From the NCBI RefSeq assembly GCF_006345805.1, contig NW_021834986.1:1-42941 (forward strand): a stretch of 42,941 nucleotides of DNA, in the 5' to 3' direction. The stretch comes from Octopus sinensis (taxonomy: Eukaryota). Positions 23,103 to 35,103 of this stretch are shown here, one piece after another (positions within the stretch are counted from its first letter, which is position 1; each line of letters begins with the position of its first letter). Position numbers and translations under genes: made by a program. The notes under the pieces were generated by a model that saw only the letters and a list, made by a program, of their open reading frames with translations, had not been told where the DNA came from and did not search any database.

Positions 23103-23807
23103 TATGCATAGTTTGCAGCATTTAATCCCGTTAATGTAGGGGCCTGGATTTTCTTGGATTCTTCATGATATTGTGTATAGAATCCCATCGTCTTTCAGCT
23201 GCCATACATGGCTGGCTAATGGAAATAGCAGCAGAGCCAGTGTCAATGATATCTATAACAGCAGTGACAGCACCACCGTCAATGATGATGATAATAACAA
23301 CAACAGCCACCTCCACTGATGCCAATACCAATAGCACCTAAGCTAACACCAACAGTACCAGTACCAACAACAGTGGTTGCAGCAATGCCAACACCAATGG
23401 ACACAGCACTGCCAACACCCAGCCACAGAGATACATCAGCTGCTCCCAGAGCACATTCAAACAACGCCTCTCTAACCACAGATCCTTCTCCAGGATACTG
23501 GAAAGGCGATACATTATGTCATTAGCCAGCCATGTATGGCAGCTGGAAGATGACAGAATTCCATACACAATATCATGGACAATCCTAGAAAATCCAGCCC
23601 CCCTACATAATCTGTAAACTATGCATAATAGAGCAGGCTAGGATCCTAATATCCATAATAGAGTTGGCTAGGATCCTAAAGGACTCCCTTAACCCAAGGA
23701 ACATCCTTTACTCCAGAATGGAGGTCTTCAGACTGTGCTTGCATTTCAGGAAATTCCTGTTGGCCTATTGGAATCCACAGGATAACAGAGTCACTGGTGA
23801 CCGATAG
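23103..23807 (+). mobile_element. Penelope-like element remnant: C-terminal GIY-YIG endonuclease with an inverted 5' duplicate
   Basis: From 23429: RYISCSQSTFKQRLSNHRSF...LASHVWQLEDDRIPYTISWTILENP, a frameshift, CKLCIIE, then ILKDSLNPRNILYSRMEVFRLCLHFRKFLLAYW..* (stop 23805-23807). This parallels PLE termini (YIGxTxxTFKxRxxNH...LSxHIWxLKD...CxLC...CRHxxKFLL). 23103-23221 is the reverse complement of 23520-23627. Confidence 0.85.
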
Positions 23808-24158
23808 CCAAAGGGAGACAATCCCCTGTTGTTGACATTGAGTAGTGAGGTCATTTCCTCCTCTATATTCTACAGCGGCCTTAAGCCAACCGGTTTTGGG
23901 ATCTGATGACACCTGTACCACTTTGTTACTCATATTTTATTCCCCCTATCCTGGAATCTCCACTTCATAAATACTATAGATAGTATTTTTAATATAAAGT
24001 ACATGTCTGAATAGCTAAGAGCATATTTCTTCACTCTGCTGGGTTTTATTATCTGCATAAACTGCTAGAATATCATGTGGCCGGCACTGATGCACCATGT
24101 TTGATACTCACTTAAAATTGTTGGGTGAGCATGTTACTCTGACCTAACAAGGTGCTTC

Positions 24159-24195
24159 AGTTTAAGTACCTAATTCAACTGAATCTTAATTGTAT

Positions 24196-24252
<57 letters not shown>

Positions 24253-24289
24253 ATACAATTAAGATTCAGTTGAATTAGGTACTTAAACT
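24159..24289. repeat. Palindrome: perfect 39 bp inverted arms around (TA)n
   Basis: agtttaagtacctaattcaactgaatcttaattgtatta / taatacaattaagattcagttgaattaggtacttaaact. Confidence 0.95.
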
Positions 24290-24291
24290 AA

Positions 24292-24335
<44 letters not shown>

Positions 24336-24338
24336 GTA

Positions 24339-24556
24339 TATATTAGAAGAAATGAGGTACTCAGAAATCTTGATGGTTTTATATTTACAGATATTATTAA
24401 TATGTTACATGTTTTATAAATTATACATTAGCGCTTGCATCCACTAGAGTGGACGCAAGTGCTAATATATGATTTATAAAAACATGTGACATATTAATAA
24501 ATATCTGTAAGTATAAAACCATCCAGATTTTTGAGTACCTCATTTCTTCTAATATA
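24339..24556. repeat. ~218 bp imperfect palindrome between (TA)n tracts
   Basis: tattagaagaaatgaggtactca... mirrored by ...tgagtacctcatttcttctaata; centre ccact-ag-agtgg at ~24446. Confidence 0.9.
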
Positions 24557-24601
24557 CAATACCTGTACATCATCTCCAAACCTTCTAATATATATATATA
24601 T

Positions 24602-24636
<35 letters not shown>

Positions 24637-24811
24637 GTATATAAGTATAAAATCATTATTTAAAATACCGATCTTATCAGGTGGCCAGCATAGGAATAAA
24701 AACCTCAAAGGTAATAATAATTATCATAATGATAATTATATATATATATATATGTTATAATTTAGAACAAACAGTAAAAGGTTCTCATTATAGTACTCGG
24801 AGTTTCGAATG

Positions 24812-25125
24812 ATGAGTGGTTGGCATTAGGAAGGACAATCATCTGTAGAAACCAAGTCAAATGAGACTGGAGTCTGGTGCAGCCCCACAGCTTACTAGCC
24901 CTGGTCAAACTGTCCAGCCCATGCCAGTATGAACAACGGATGCTAAATGATGATGATGATGATGATGAGTTTTCTCTCAGTTTCCATCAACCAAATCCAC
25001 TTACAAGGCTTTAATTGGCCCAGGGTTTTAATAGAAGACACTTGCCCAAGGTGCCATGTTGTGGGACTGAACCCAGAACATATGTGGTTAGGAAGCAAAC
25101 TTCTTACCACTCAGCCACACCTGTG
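24812..25125. mobile_element. LINE-type tail (+) abutting a family A SINE head (-)
   Basis: Matches to the families above; joined at a (GAT)n run near 24965. Confidence 0.7.
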
Positions 25126-25504
25126 CCATTTTTTTTTTATAAATATATAATGGAACCTCAGTTCATGAAGAGAAATCTAAAAGAAATATATCGCTTTTGA
25201 ATTTGGCTTGCAAGATTCTTGATGTGAGAGAAAGAAAAAGTTTCACCAGGGAAATCCGAAACTTGGCAAATCAACTGAATATTTTCGCATTGGCTTCCCC
25301 ACCCCTGCTATTTCAAAGAATTTTTGTTCCTGCAGTGTGTTTGCTTCCAATGATGGAAGCATCTTACGAAAATAATCATAATATTCTTTTGAATTATTTG
25401 CAACACAGTTGGATATTTCTTTGTATTATTATTTTTCAATAAATTTCAAAAAAATGTCTTTTATTATTGCTTATGTAGGTTTTATTTATTTTCTCTTTAT
25501 CACT

Positions 25505-25509
25505 ATTCA

Positions 25510-25569
<60 letters not shown>

Positions 25570-25607
25570 TATTATCATTATTATTATCATTATTATTATC
25601 ATTATTA

Positions 25608-25658
<51 letters not shown>

Positions 25659-26374
25659 CTTTTTTTGTAGAATTTAAGTGCTTGTGGTGTTTGAGTTAAG
25701 GTTTGGGCTCACATATTATTATCTAAAGTATCTTTTAACAAATTCTTTTATATTCTAATGATGGTTCTGCTAATTTCTTTTCTTCTTTAATTCTTCCTAT
25801 CTCATTTTCTCCCTTTTTTCTTGAAAATTAAAAAAAAATTTTTCTTTTTTTTATTACCTTTTGTTGTATCTATTCTCTTGCGTCTCCTTGTTCTCCTGCT
25901 TGCTTAAAATTAAATTTTTTTCTCCTCCACCAAAATATTCTTATCCTTCTGTTTTTCTTTCTTTCTCTTTCTTTCTCTTTCTTTCATTTTTTTTTTCTTT
26001 TCCAACCCTGTCATTCTTTAATTCTATCCCATTTCATTTCAGGTACATCAAGAAATTATTGCAGCAAAACAATCTGGGAAACCTTTCTGTAGTCAAAAAA
26101 AAAATTCTTCATTCCTTCCAAAATTGAAATTGAAGATCAAGACTTGTTAGTGAATTCTTTTTCCTGTAGAAAAATCTGGGAGAAAAACATGTAAAAGAAG
26201 AATGGAGAAACGTTTTAAGAATATAAAAGCAAAATTTGAAACAGAATATTATTGTTGTTGATATTGTCTTTGTTGTTGTTGTTGTTATTATTATTATTAT
26301 TGTTGTTGTTATTATTACTATTATTATTGTTGTTGTTGTTGTTATTATTATTATTATTATTGTTATTATTATTG

Positions 26375-26439
<65 letters not shown>

Positions 26440-27162
26440 ACAGCAAGCAAGAATCATTAACAAAATGCTAAATGGCACTTTGTCTGTCTTTACATTCTGA
26501 GTTCAAATTCTGCTGTGGTTGCCTTTGCTTTTCATCCCTTTCAGGGGTCAATTTAACTGACTGACCCCTGAAGTTGCTGGCCTTGTGCCTATAATAGAAA
26601 GGATTATTATAATTATTATAATATTATTATTATAGAAACAAAGCACAAGTTTGGTCTTATTCCTGGTAGGATTTATATATAGGATTTATATAGGATTTAT
26701 ATAGGATTTATATGGGTAGCGGGTTACTACCTGTAACCTTAGATATCCACATGTTTTTGGCAGGTTTTCAAGTTCTTAGAACCCGCCTGATAATCCTTGC
26801 TGTCCCTAAAGGGCAGACTTTCTGTAGGAGCTCTACCGGAGCACTCTACTTGAATCTCGTTCAGCCATTAGTCTACATCTTGGCTTACTGTTCCCAAAGC
26901 ACCAATTATTATAGGCATGACCTTCGCTGTTGCCATACTCCAAATTCTTCTTATTTAAAATTTTAAGGGATTGTATGATTTTTGTTGTTCTTCCTCTTTC
27001 TTTACAATTCTGAATCAAATGGGCATGATGGGTTGATATTTTTATTATTATCATCAACATCATCATCATTATTATCATCAGCATCATCATCATTATTATT
27101 ACTATCATCATCATTATCATCATTATTATTATTATTATCATTATTATTACTATCCTCATCAA

Positions 27163-27243
<81 letters not shown>

Positions 27244-27288
27244 TATCATCAGCATCATAAATCATTATTATTACTATCATCATCAATA

Positions 27289-27329
<41 letters not shown>

Positions 27330-27330
27330 A
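25505..27330. repeat. Several (ATT/ATC/GTT)n tracts (25505-25657, 26245-26438, 27040-27330)
   Basis: Direct inspection. Confidence 0.9.
26667..26944 (-). pseudogene. R4/Dong-type RLE non-LTR retrotransposon, 3' end remnant
   Basis: Minus strand reads KVMPIIIGALGTV...LLQKVCPLGTARIIRRVLRT* (stop 26770-26768), like the typical VIPVVIGALG...LQKACLLGTARILRKVL terminus. One internal stop and one frameshift; short 3' UTR and 11 bp tandem tail. Confidence 0.8.
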
Positions 27331-27356
27331 TGACATGAAACTAGTTTGGTTTACTA

Positions 27357-28287
27357 CGAGGTTGTATCAAAAGGTTCCCAGACTTAATTGTCTAAGTTTT
27401 ACCATTGTCTCCTTTGATATAGTTAACTTGCACAGCAAAATATTGGTCCCAGCATTCCTGCCATTTTTTGAATCCAGCCCAGAAGTCGTTTTCTGTAAGT
27501 GAGTCGATGACCATCTGTGATTTGCTCTAGATCTCAACAATGGTACTAAAATGGTAACCTTTTCAGCTGCACTTTCATCTTGGAGAAATGATAAAAGTCT
27601 GCAGGTGCTAAATCTGGTGAATAGGACAGGTGCGGAAGTGATATCATATTGTTTTTGGTGAGAAACTCATGAATGAGGAGAGCTTGGTGGAGAATCCAAT
27701 TCTTCGTGCTCCACAGATCTCTCTCTCTCTCTTTACTTTTTTACTTGTTTCAGTCATTTGACTGAGGCCATGCTGGAGCACCGCCTTTAGATCTGGTCAC
27801 TTTCAACAAATGTCCTCCCTCAATGTTTCAAAACATTGCTGTAGAACTCTTGGTTGATGATCTGACTCTGGGGGAGGAATTCTTGATGCACAATGCCACA
27901 TTTCTGGGGACGACGATCATGGCTGGTCTTCCAGATCACTCATCGTCTTCCAGGGATGTTCTTCCACTGTCGAAGCACCCATTCCACTTGAAACATTGTG
28001 GACAACCCATTGCCTTGTCACTGTAAGCTTGCCGAGTATCACTGTAATAGACTTCAACACAAGATTTCACATTGGCTCTTTGTTCCTGTGCATGACAAAA
28101 TCGCAGACAACAGCATACACATGATGACAAAAATACAAATTTCACAACTTGTAAAGTAAATACAGCAATGTCACTCAGTACACTGCCTCATGAAGGTCAC
28201 TGCTAGCTTATACTGTGTATGCAACCATTTGCTGCCATCTGTTGGTGCACTACAGAACTAGTCCTGGAAATTTTTGATACCACCTCA
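27357..28287 (-). mobile_element. Decayed, internally deleted mariner-type element (~930 bp) carrying a SINE tail fragment
   Basis: TIRs cgaggttgtatcaaaaggttcccagact / agtcctggaaatttttgataccacctca, TA both sides; minus strand PHLSYSPDLAPADFYHFSKMK near 27570-27640; family A tail at ~27720-27790. Confidence 0.85.
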
Positions 28288-28650
28288 TATATAAACAACA
28301 TGCAAAACATAGATTAGTAGCAAAATTAAAATCAAGCATTTACATCAGATTAAAAAAATAGAGAATACCCTCAAGATGTTGAAGGTTTTCAACACCAGTT
28401 GTCTCAAATAATGCTTACTGGTGCATTTGGTTGCACTCAGATGATTAAGAGAACGAGGTCATGAAGTACCCTAATTCAACTTTGGCAGTAAACTTCTTTG
28501 TTTTATTTCTTTGAATAATATCTTGATTTAATGATTGTGTTATTGTACATTTTCAAAATAGTTTTCCATGCAGATATGTGTGTATGCATATATATGCATG
28601 CACATATGCATATGTGTGTGCATATGTATTCACACATGCATATATGTATA

Positions 28651-28699
<49 letters not shown>

Positions 28700-28959
28700 A
28701 TATATATGTTTATGTGCAGGTGTGCACATATATATATGTTTGTGTGTACATGTATGTGTGTGTACCTTTAAAATCCTTTATACATCCTTCCATAAATTGT
28801 GCAATGTCTCTTTCCATTTCCCTTCACAATTTCTGAGCCTGTTTCCTTTCACAATCCACTCAATCTTTTCCCTATTTGTAAACCCTTCCCAGGAAAAGTT
28901 TCTTCTTTATTGAATCTCTTTGAGCCCCTAGTGATGAATAAAGAAAAATCCTTATCTTT

Positions 28960-29383
28960 GTTATCATTATTATTATTGTTGTTGTTGTTGTTGCTGTTTT
29001 TTGTTGATGTCACCACCATCATCATCATCATCCTCATCATCATCATTAGTAGTAGTAGTAGTAGTGTTGTTGTTACTATTATTATCTGAGTTATTATTAT
29101 CATTGTTGTTGTTATTGTCGCTGTTGTTGCTGTTCTTCTTTTTCTTCTTCTTTCTTTCTTCTTCTTTCTTTCTTCTTCTTCTACTTCTTCTTCTACTTCT
29201 CCTCCTCCTCCTTGTTCTAGTTGTTGTTGTTACCCTTCTTCCTTTCTTCTTCTTCTTCTTCTTCTTCTTCTTCTCTTCTCCTTCTTCTTCTCCTCCTCCT
29301 CCTTGTTCTAGATGTTGTTATTCATCTTCCTTTCTTCTTCTTCTTCTTCATCTTCTTCTTCATCTTCTTCTTCTTCTTCTTAC

Positions 29384-29443
<60 letters not shown>

Positions 29444-29445
29444 CT
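28960..29445. repeat. Mixed (GTT)/(CAT)/(CTT)/(ATT) microsatellites
   Basis: Direct inspection. Confidence 0.9.
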
Positions 29446-30099
29446 CTGTGGCTGTAGATGTTGTTAACATTTAAATATGGTTGTGTGTGCCAACAGAAGT
29501 CAGGTGGGTGGCACAGGGAGTCGAGAGCGGCAGTGACAACAGGAAAAAAAAACCAAAAGAAAAACCGGAAAATATCCGAAAATGTTTTTATCTAAGAATA
29601 AAGCGATCGAGAGATTCACCAAAGAAAACAATAAATAACAACAATAAGAAAGAAATCAATAATGATTTCCTTGCAAAGAAACCTGGAGCAAATGAAGAAC
29701 TTGTCAAAGAAAAAGAAAATGAGAAGAAATCAAATACCAAATAGATGTGAGTTAATTTATTTGTTGTTATTGTTTTTTAATTTAAAAAAAGGTAAAATAT
29801 GGAAATAAATAAGTAAATGAATAAAAAATTAAAATAACAATGATAATAATCACAACAAAAATAGTAATAATGATGATAATAGTAACAATAACAACAATAA
29901 TAGTAATACTGCTACTAATAATGATTTCATTTATTTGCCACAAGGGCGAAGAATGAGGGGGCAATACAGAGACAGACATAAAGTGGGGGGATTTACATAT
30001 TAGGAAATGATAAAAAAAAATAATGAAAAGTATACTTGGTATATGCTGAAAAAGAAGGGACATATGCATAGAGTACAAAGGTAAAGAAAAAATGACAAG

Positions 30100-30316
30100 A
30101 ACAATAGTAATAGTAGTAGTAGTAGTAGTAGTAGTAGTAGCAGTAGCAGTAGTAGTGGTGGTGGTGGTGGTGGTGGTGGTGGTGGTAGTAGTAGCAGCAG
30201 CAGCTGTAGCAGTAGTAGTAGTAGTGGTGGTAGTAGTAGTGGTGGTAGGGGGTAGTAGTAGCAGTAGCAGCAGCAGCAGTAGTAGTAGTAGCAGCAGTAG
30301 TAGTAGTAGTAGCAGT

Positions 30317-30348
<32 letters not shown>

Positions 30349-30425
30349 TGGTGGTAGTAGTAGCAGTGGGAGGGTAGTAGTAGCAGTAGTAATAGTGGCA
30401 GCAGCAGCAGTAGTAGTAGTAGTAA
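30100..30425. repeat. (AGT/AGC/GGT)n microsatellite
   Basis: Direct inspection. Confidence 0.95.
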
Positions 30426-30638
30426 TTTGAAATTTTGGCACAATGCCAGCAATTGTGGGAAAGGGAGCAATGTTCTCAGTTTATTGACCCTGAAAGAATG
30501 AAAGGCATAGTCGGCCTCAGCAGGATTTGAACTCAGAACTTCAAGACTAATGAAATTCCGCTTAGCATTTGCCTGATGCTGTAACGATTCAGCCAGCTTG
30601 CCATCTTAGTAGTAATAATGATGATACCAATAATGATG

Positions 30639-30672
<34 letters not shown>

Positions 30673-30789
30673 CAACAACAAGAGCATTCAGAGAGCTCAA
30701 ACCTCTGCCAAGGCAACACCAACATCCTCTCAACAATTAGCCACAGATGATGTTTAAAATGAGAATATCTGAAATAAACTTGACTGCTC

Positions 30790-31040
30790 TCACAAATGAG
30801 AATACTAAAAATGAAGCCAAATGCTATAAAAAATTAAGTAAAAAACCAGGAAAAATAATCCAGAATCCTTGTCCAGGATTGGATCAATCCCCAAATCTAA
30901 TCAGTTCGTGCCAGTCACGAGGCCAAATATCCCTGAAAAATTCATCCAAATCTGCTCAGTGGTTCTTGAGATATCTTGCCAAAAGTTAAACAAACACTAC
31001 TGAAAACAATACCTCTGCCTTTGCTAAGGCAGAGGTAATA
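30790..31040. mobile_element. Probable Helentron-associated (DINE-1/HINE-like) non-autonomous element
   Basis: Terminal perfect 12 bp hairpin tacctctgcctt-tgct-aaggcagaggta (31010-31037), short aaacaaac run and core ctgaaaaattcatccaaatc. The class assignment is by resemblance only. Confidence 0.5.
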
Positions 31041-31359
31041 ATAACAATTATCATCAACATCATCATCATCTTTTAGAGTCTGGATGCCATGGTTTGATTT
31101 AAGCTGGTAGGCTGGAGAGCTGCCAATAATAAGCCTTTCTACTAAAGGCACAAGGCCTGAAATTTTGGGGGAGGGGACAAGTCGATCACATCGACCCCCA
31201 GTGGTTCACTTGTACTTAATTTAGCGACACCAAAAGGATCTCAGGCAAAGTCGACCTTAGCAGAATTTGAACTCAGAACATAAAGACAGATGAATTGGCA
31301 CTAAGAATTTTGCCTGATGCTGTAATGAATCAGCCAGTTTGCTATCTTATTAGTTGTAG

Positions 31360-31368
31360 TAATCACAA

Positions 31369-31440
<72 letters not shown>

Positions 31441-31770
31441 CAATAATAATAATAATAATGAAAATAAAAATAATAATAATAACAACAACAAAATAATAAT
31501 GACAATAATAATGATAATAACAATAATAATAATAATAACAACAACAACAACAACAATAGTAATAATAATGATAATAGTAATAATAATAATAGTAATGATA
31601 ATGATATTAATAATAATGATAACAATAATAATATTAATAATAATTATAATAATAATAATAATAATAACAACAACAATAATAATAATGATGAAAATAATAA
31701 TGATAATAATAATAATAACAACAACAACAATATAATAACAATAATAAAATAATGATAATAATATAATGCC
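31360..31770. repeat. (AAT/AAC/ACT)n microsatellite
   Basis: Direct inspection. Confidence 0.95.
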
Positions 31771-32292
31771 CTGATGCATACCAGGCAGTGGCTCTCATGG
31801 CTTCTGATTCTTAACTGATTGGAATGTTATCATGTACATTGTTTTGTCTTGGTATAAAATGCTAAGCAATATTCTGCTCAATACCACAGATTGCTTGTCA
31901 GTTGTTTGACCTTAACCAGTTGAGCATGTCCCTTAGTGGCTGACTTATGTGCATCTCTGATCACGAGCAGAATAGGGGATCATCATGGCCATAGTTTTGA
32001 TAGGGATTCTTGAGTTTGAATGGTTCACCTCTGGAAACATAGTTTTTCTTCACATCCTAGCAACCCTTATTCAGTACCGTTGCGCAATGGGCTACTCAAC
32101 CTGAAAAATTCTAACTGGGCCCCACCTGCAAGGTCATGTGGCTGTTTATCTTGAATGTGAGATTACCATGTCGCGCACATATGTTGTGATGCAGTGCCTG
32201 GTGTAACCTTTATCACCGGGTAGTCATGATGGGTATAGTGGGCTTCGTAATTTTACCCCAGTGTATTGATGCATGAACTAGCTCTCTCAAAT
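31768..32292 (+). mobile_element. Non-coding ~525 bp element embedded in (AAT)n, homologous to the 5' part of the 36 kb R4/Dong-type element
   Basis: ccctgatgcataccaggcagtggctctcatggcttctgat... and ...aactgggccccacctgcaaggtcatg...ccccagtgt align to 35973-36062 and 36290-36535. Confidence 0.8.
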
Positions 32293-32408
32293 AATAATAA
32301 TATAAAGAATGATAATTTTGATTTTAGATATTGTCGGTTTCTGTGTTGGCAAAATTTCAGTTTGAAAAATCAAAGTTGATAAAAAAAAGATTTCAGGTGA
32401 ATATTATT

Positions 32409-32467
<59 letters not shown>

Positions 32468-32879
32468 CATTAATATTGTTGTTGTTGTCATCGTCATCAT
32501 CATGATCATCATCATCATCATCATCATTCATCTAAAATCGGTATTGGTGATGGAGGTAGAATTCCCCAATCACTGACTCTTTCTTTCTCTCTCTCTCTCT
32601 CTCCTGCACCATACACAGGCCTCCTCCACCCTAAAATCAAGAAAAAAAAAATCCCCAAACATTTTGAATATTTCTAAATTGAGTGTGAAATTTAAACTTC
32701 AATAAAATTTCAGGAAAAGAAAAAAGAAAAAAAACAAAAATCAAAACGGTCTGAATTAGAATCGATAAAAAGGAATGAAAAAAGAATTAAAACAAGGAAA
32801 ATGTCAATTATAGTTTATTGAATTTTGATATGAAATTTAAATTTCAGCTGAAGAAATTATTTTTTCCAGGCACCTCTGC

Positions 32880-33204
32880 ATTGTTGCTATATATATATAT
32901 ATATAATATATATATAATATATATATATCTACATTATATATATATATGTGTGTATGTGTGTGTATATATATATGTATATATACATGTATTTGTATATTAT
33001 ATGTATATATATATTAATATATGTACACACATGTATATACAAATATTTATATGTACGTATACATATATATGTGTGTATATACATTTATATACACACATGC
33101 ACGCACACATATATAATAAGTGTGCTATGTATATGTCTACTTCTGTGTATAGGCACATATAAATCTGTTTGCATATCTAAAAATATATATATATACATAC
33201 ATAC

Positions 33205-33269
<65 letters not shown>

Positions 33270-33278
33270 GTATATGTC

Positions 33279-33310
<32 letters not shown>

Positions 33311-33317
33311 ATATACA

Positions 33318-33355
<38 letters not shown>

Positions 33356-33882
33356 TATATATAATGTATATGTCTGTGTGTGTGTAGTATGCGCACACAC
33401 ACACATACATATATACATATATATATGCATACACACACATATATATGCATGCATACATACATGCATACATATTTATAAATATACATACATATATATAAAT
33501 ATATATATGCATCTATGTGTGCATATACATAGATATATATCTATTTACACACACATATATGTGTATACATGTGTTTATGTACACATGTATGTACGTGTGT
33601 GCATGTGTGTGAGTGTGTGTATGTGTATGTATGAATGTATATAATTATACATAAATGGAGACAATATAATTCAAAGCAAGAAAACGTACTTAAGAAAAAA
33701 GCGAAAGATAATGTTTGGTACAAAAGCTTGTATACAAACATTAGAATGTTGGAATTAGCGGGCCAATCATAATAGTTATGTTTTTATGCATGGCTAACTT
33801 CCAGAACCTTTAGTTGTGAAGGAAGAACATGTTTTTTCAACACACTCATACACGTGTGTGTGTGTGTGTGTATGTGTATATA

Positions 33883-33913
<31 letters not shown>

Positions 33914-34018
33914 GTCTACATACCTACAAATGTACATAAGTTCAAAAACGCACACAGATACATATATATGTGTGTGTGAATACATATATGTATATACGTG
34001 TTTGTTGATATATATATC

Positions 34019-34091
<73 letters not shown>

Positions 34092-34180
34092 ATTATATGT
34101 ATATATATATGCACATATAATTATATATATATATATATATATGTATTTGTATATAATATTATATGCATGCATATACATTC

Positions 34181-34224
<44 letters not shown>

Positions 34225-34340
34225 CATGTGCATACACTTACATACATATATACATAAACACACACACACATATATGTATATATGTGTGTGTGTATGTATA
34301 TATATTTATATACGTATGTATATGTATATATTATATATAT
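32880..34340. repeat. (TA)n/(TG)n/(CA)n field with a short unique island at ~33655-33840
   Basis: Direct inspection. Confidence 0.9.
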
Positions 34341-34539
34341 AGACAAAGGGCACAGGTAAAATCCTGAGTACGTTCGACAAAATTAATACACTCATTTTCT
34401 CCAGCATTTTTTGTTTCGAGTTCAAATCCTGCCAAGATCAGCTATGCCTTTTATCTCTTTTGCTACAAGGTGGTGGGTGGGATGCATAAAATAATGTACC
34501 AGTCATGTACAAAGCACAATGTAATTGACATTTTGCCAT

Positions 34540-34970
34540 CGTTTACTCTTTTACTCTTTTACTTGTTTCTTTTACTCTTTTACTTGTTTCATTCATTTGA
34601 CTGTGGCCATGCTGTAGCACCGCCTTTAGTTGAGCAAATCGACCCCAGGACTTATTCTTTGTAAGCCTAGTACTTATTCTATCAGTCTCTTTTTGCTGAA
34701 CCACTAAGTTACGGGGACGTAAACACACCAGAATCAGTTGTCAAATGATGTTGGGGGAACAAACACAGACTCACAAACATATACACACACATACATATAT
34801 GCATATATACGATGGGCTTCTTTCAGTTTCCATCTACCAAATCCACTCACAAGGCTTTGGTTGACCCGAGCCTATAGTAGAAGACACTTGCCTAATGTGC
34901 CATGCAGTAGGACTGAACCCGGAACCATGTGGTTGGTAAGCAAGATACTTACCACACAGCCACTCCTATG
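34540..34970 (-). mobile_element. Full-length composite family A SINE
   Basis: Reverse complement of the 4765-5205 structure. Confidence 0.9.
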
Positions 34971-35064
34971 CAAAAATTGTTAGCCTTTGAAGTCAACATC
35001 AGCAAACATTTGAATTCAAAATATAAATAAGTACAAAATACTGCTCAGCTGTTTTACTTGATGC

Positions 35065-35066
35065 AC

Positions 35067-35103
<37 letters not shown>

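Noticed and set aside
23676-23933. 85 aa minus-strand ORF (MSNKVVQV...)
   Set aside because: It is largely antisense to the Penelope-like C-terminus on the plus strand.
25140-25442. ~100-codon open frame on + and ~65 codons on -
   Set aside because: No convincing splice pair or homology; one such frame is plausible by chance in this amount of unique sequence.
26043-26240. Strong acceptor catttcag| followed by short frames
   Set aside because: All three frames stop within ~36 codons, no good donor is present, and an A10 run makes the frame uncertain. It could be a terminal exon but cannot be supported.
28370-28450. LKMLKVFNTSCLK, like the RTE motif LQVFINxCLR
   Set aside because: Too short and degenerate to list as a feature; probably another RTE fragment.
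888-34970. tRNA-like A/B-box sequences
   Set aside because: They are SINE heads: each continues into repeat bodies, and no complete cloverleaf with acceptor stem was found. Not called as tRNA genes.
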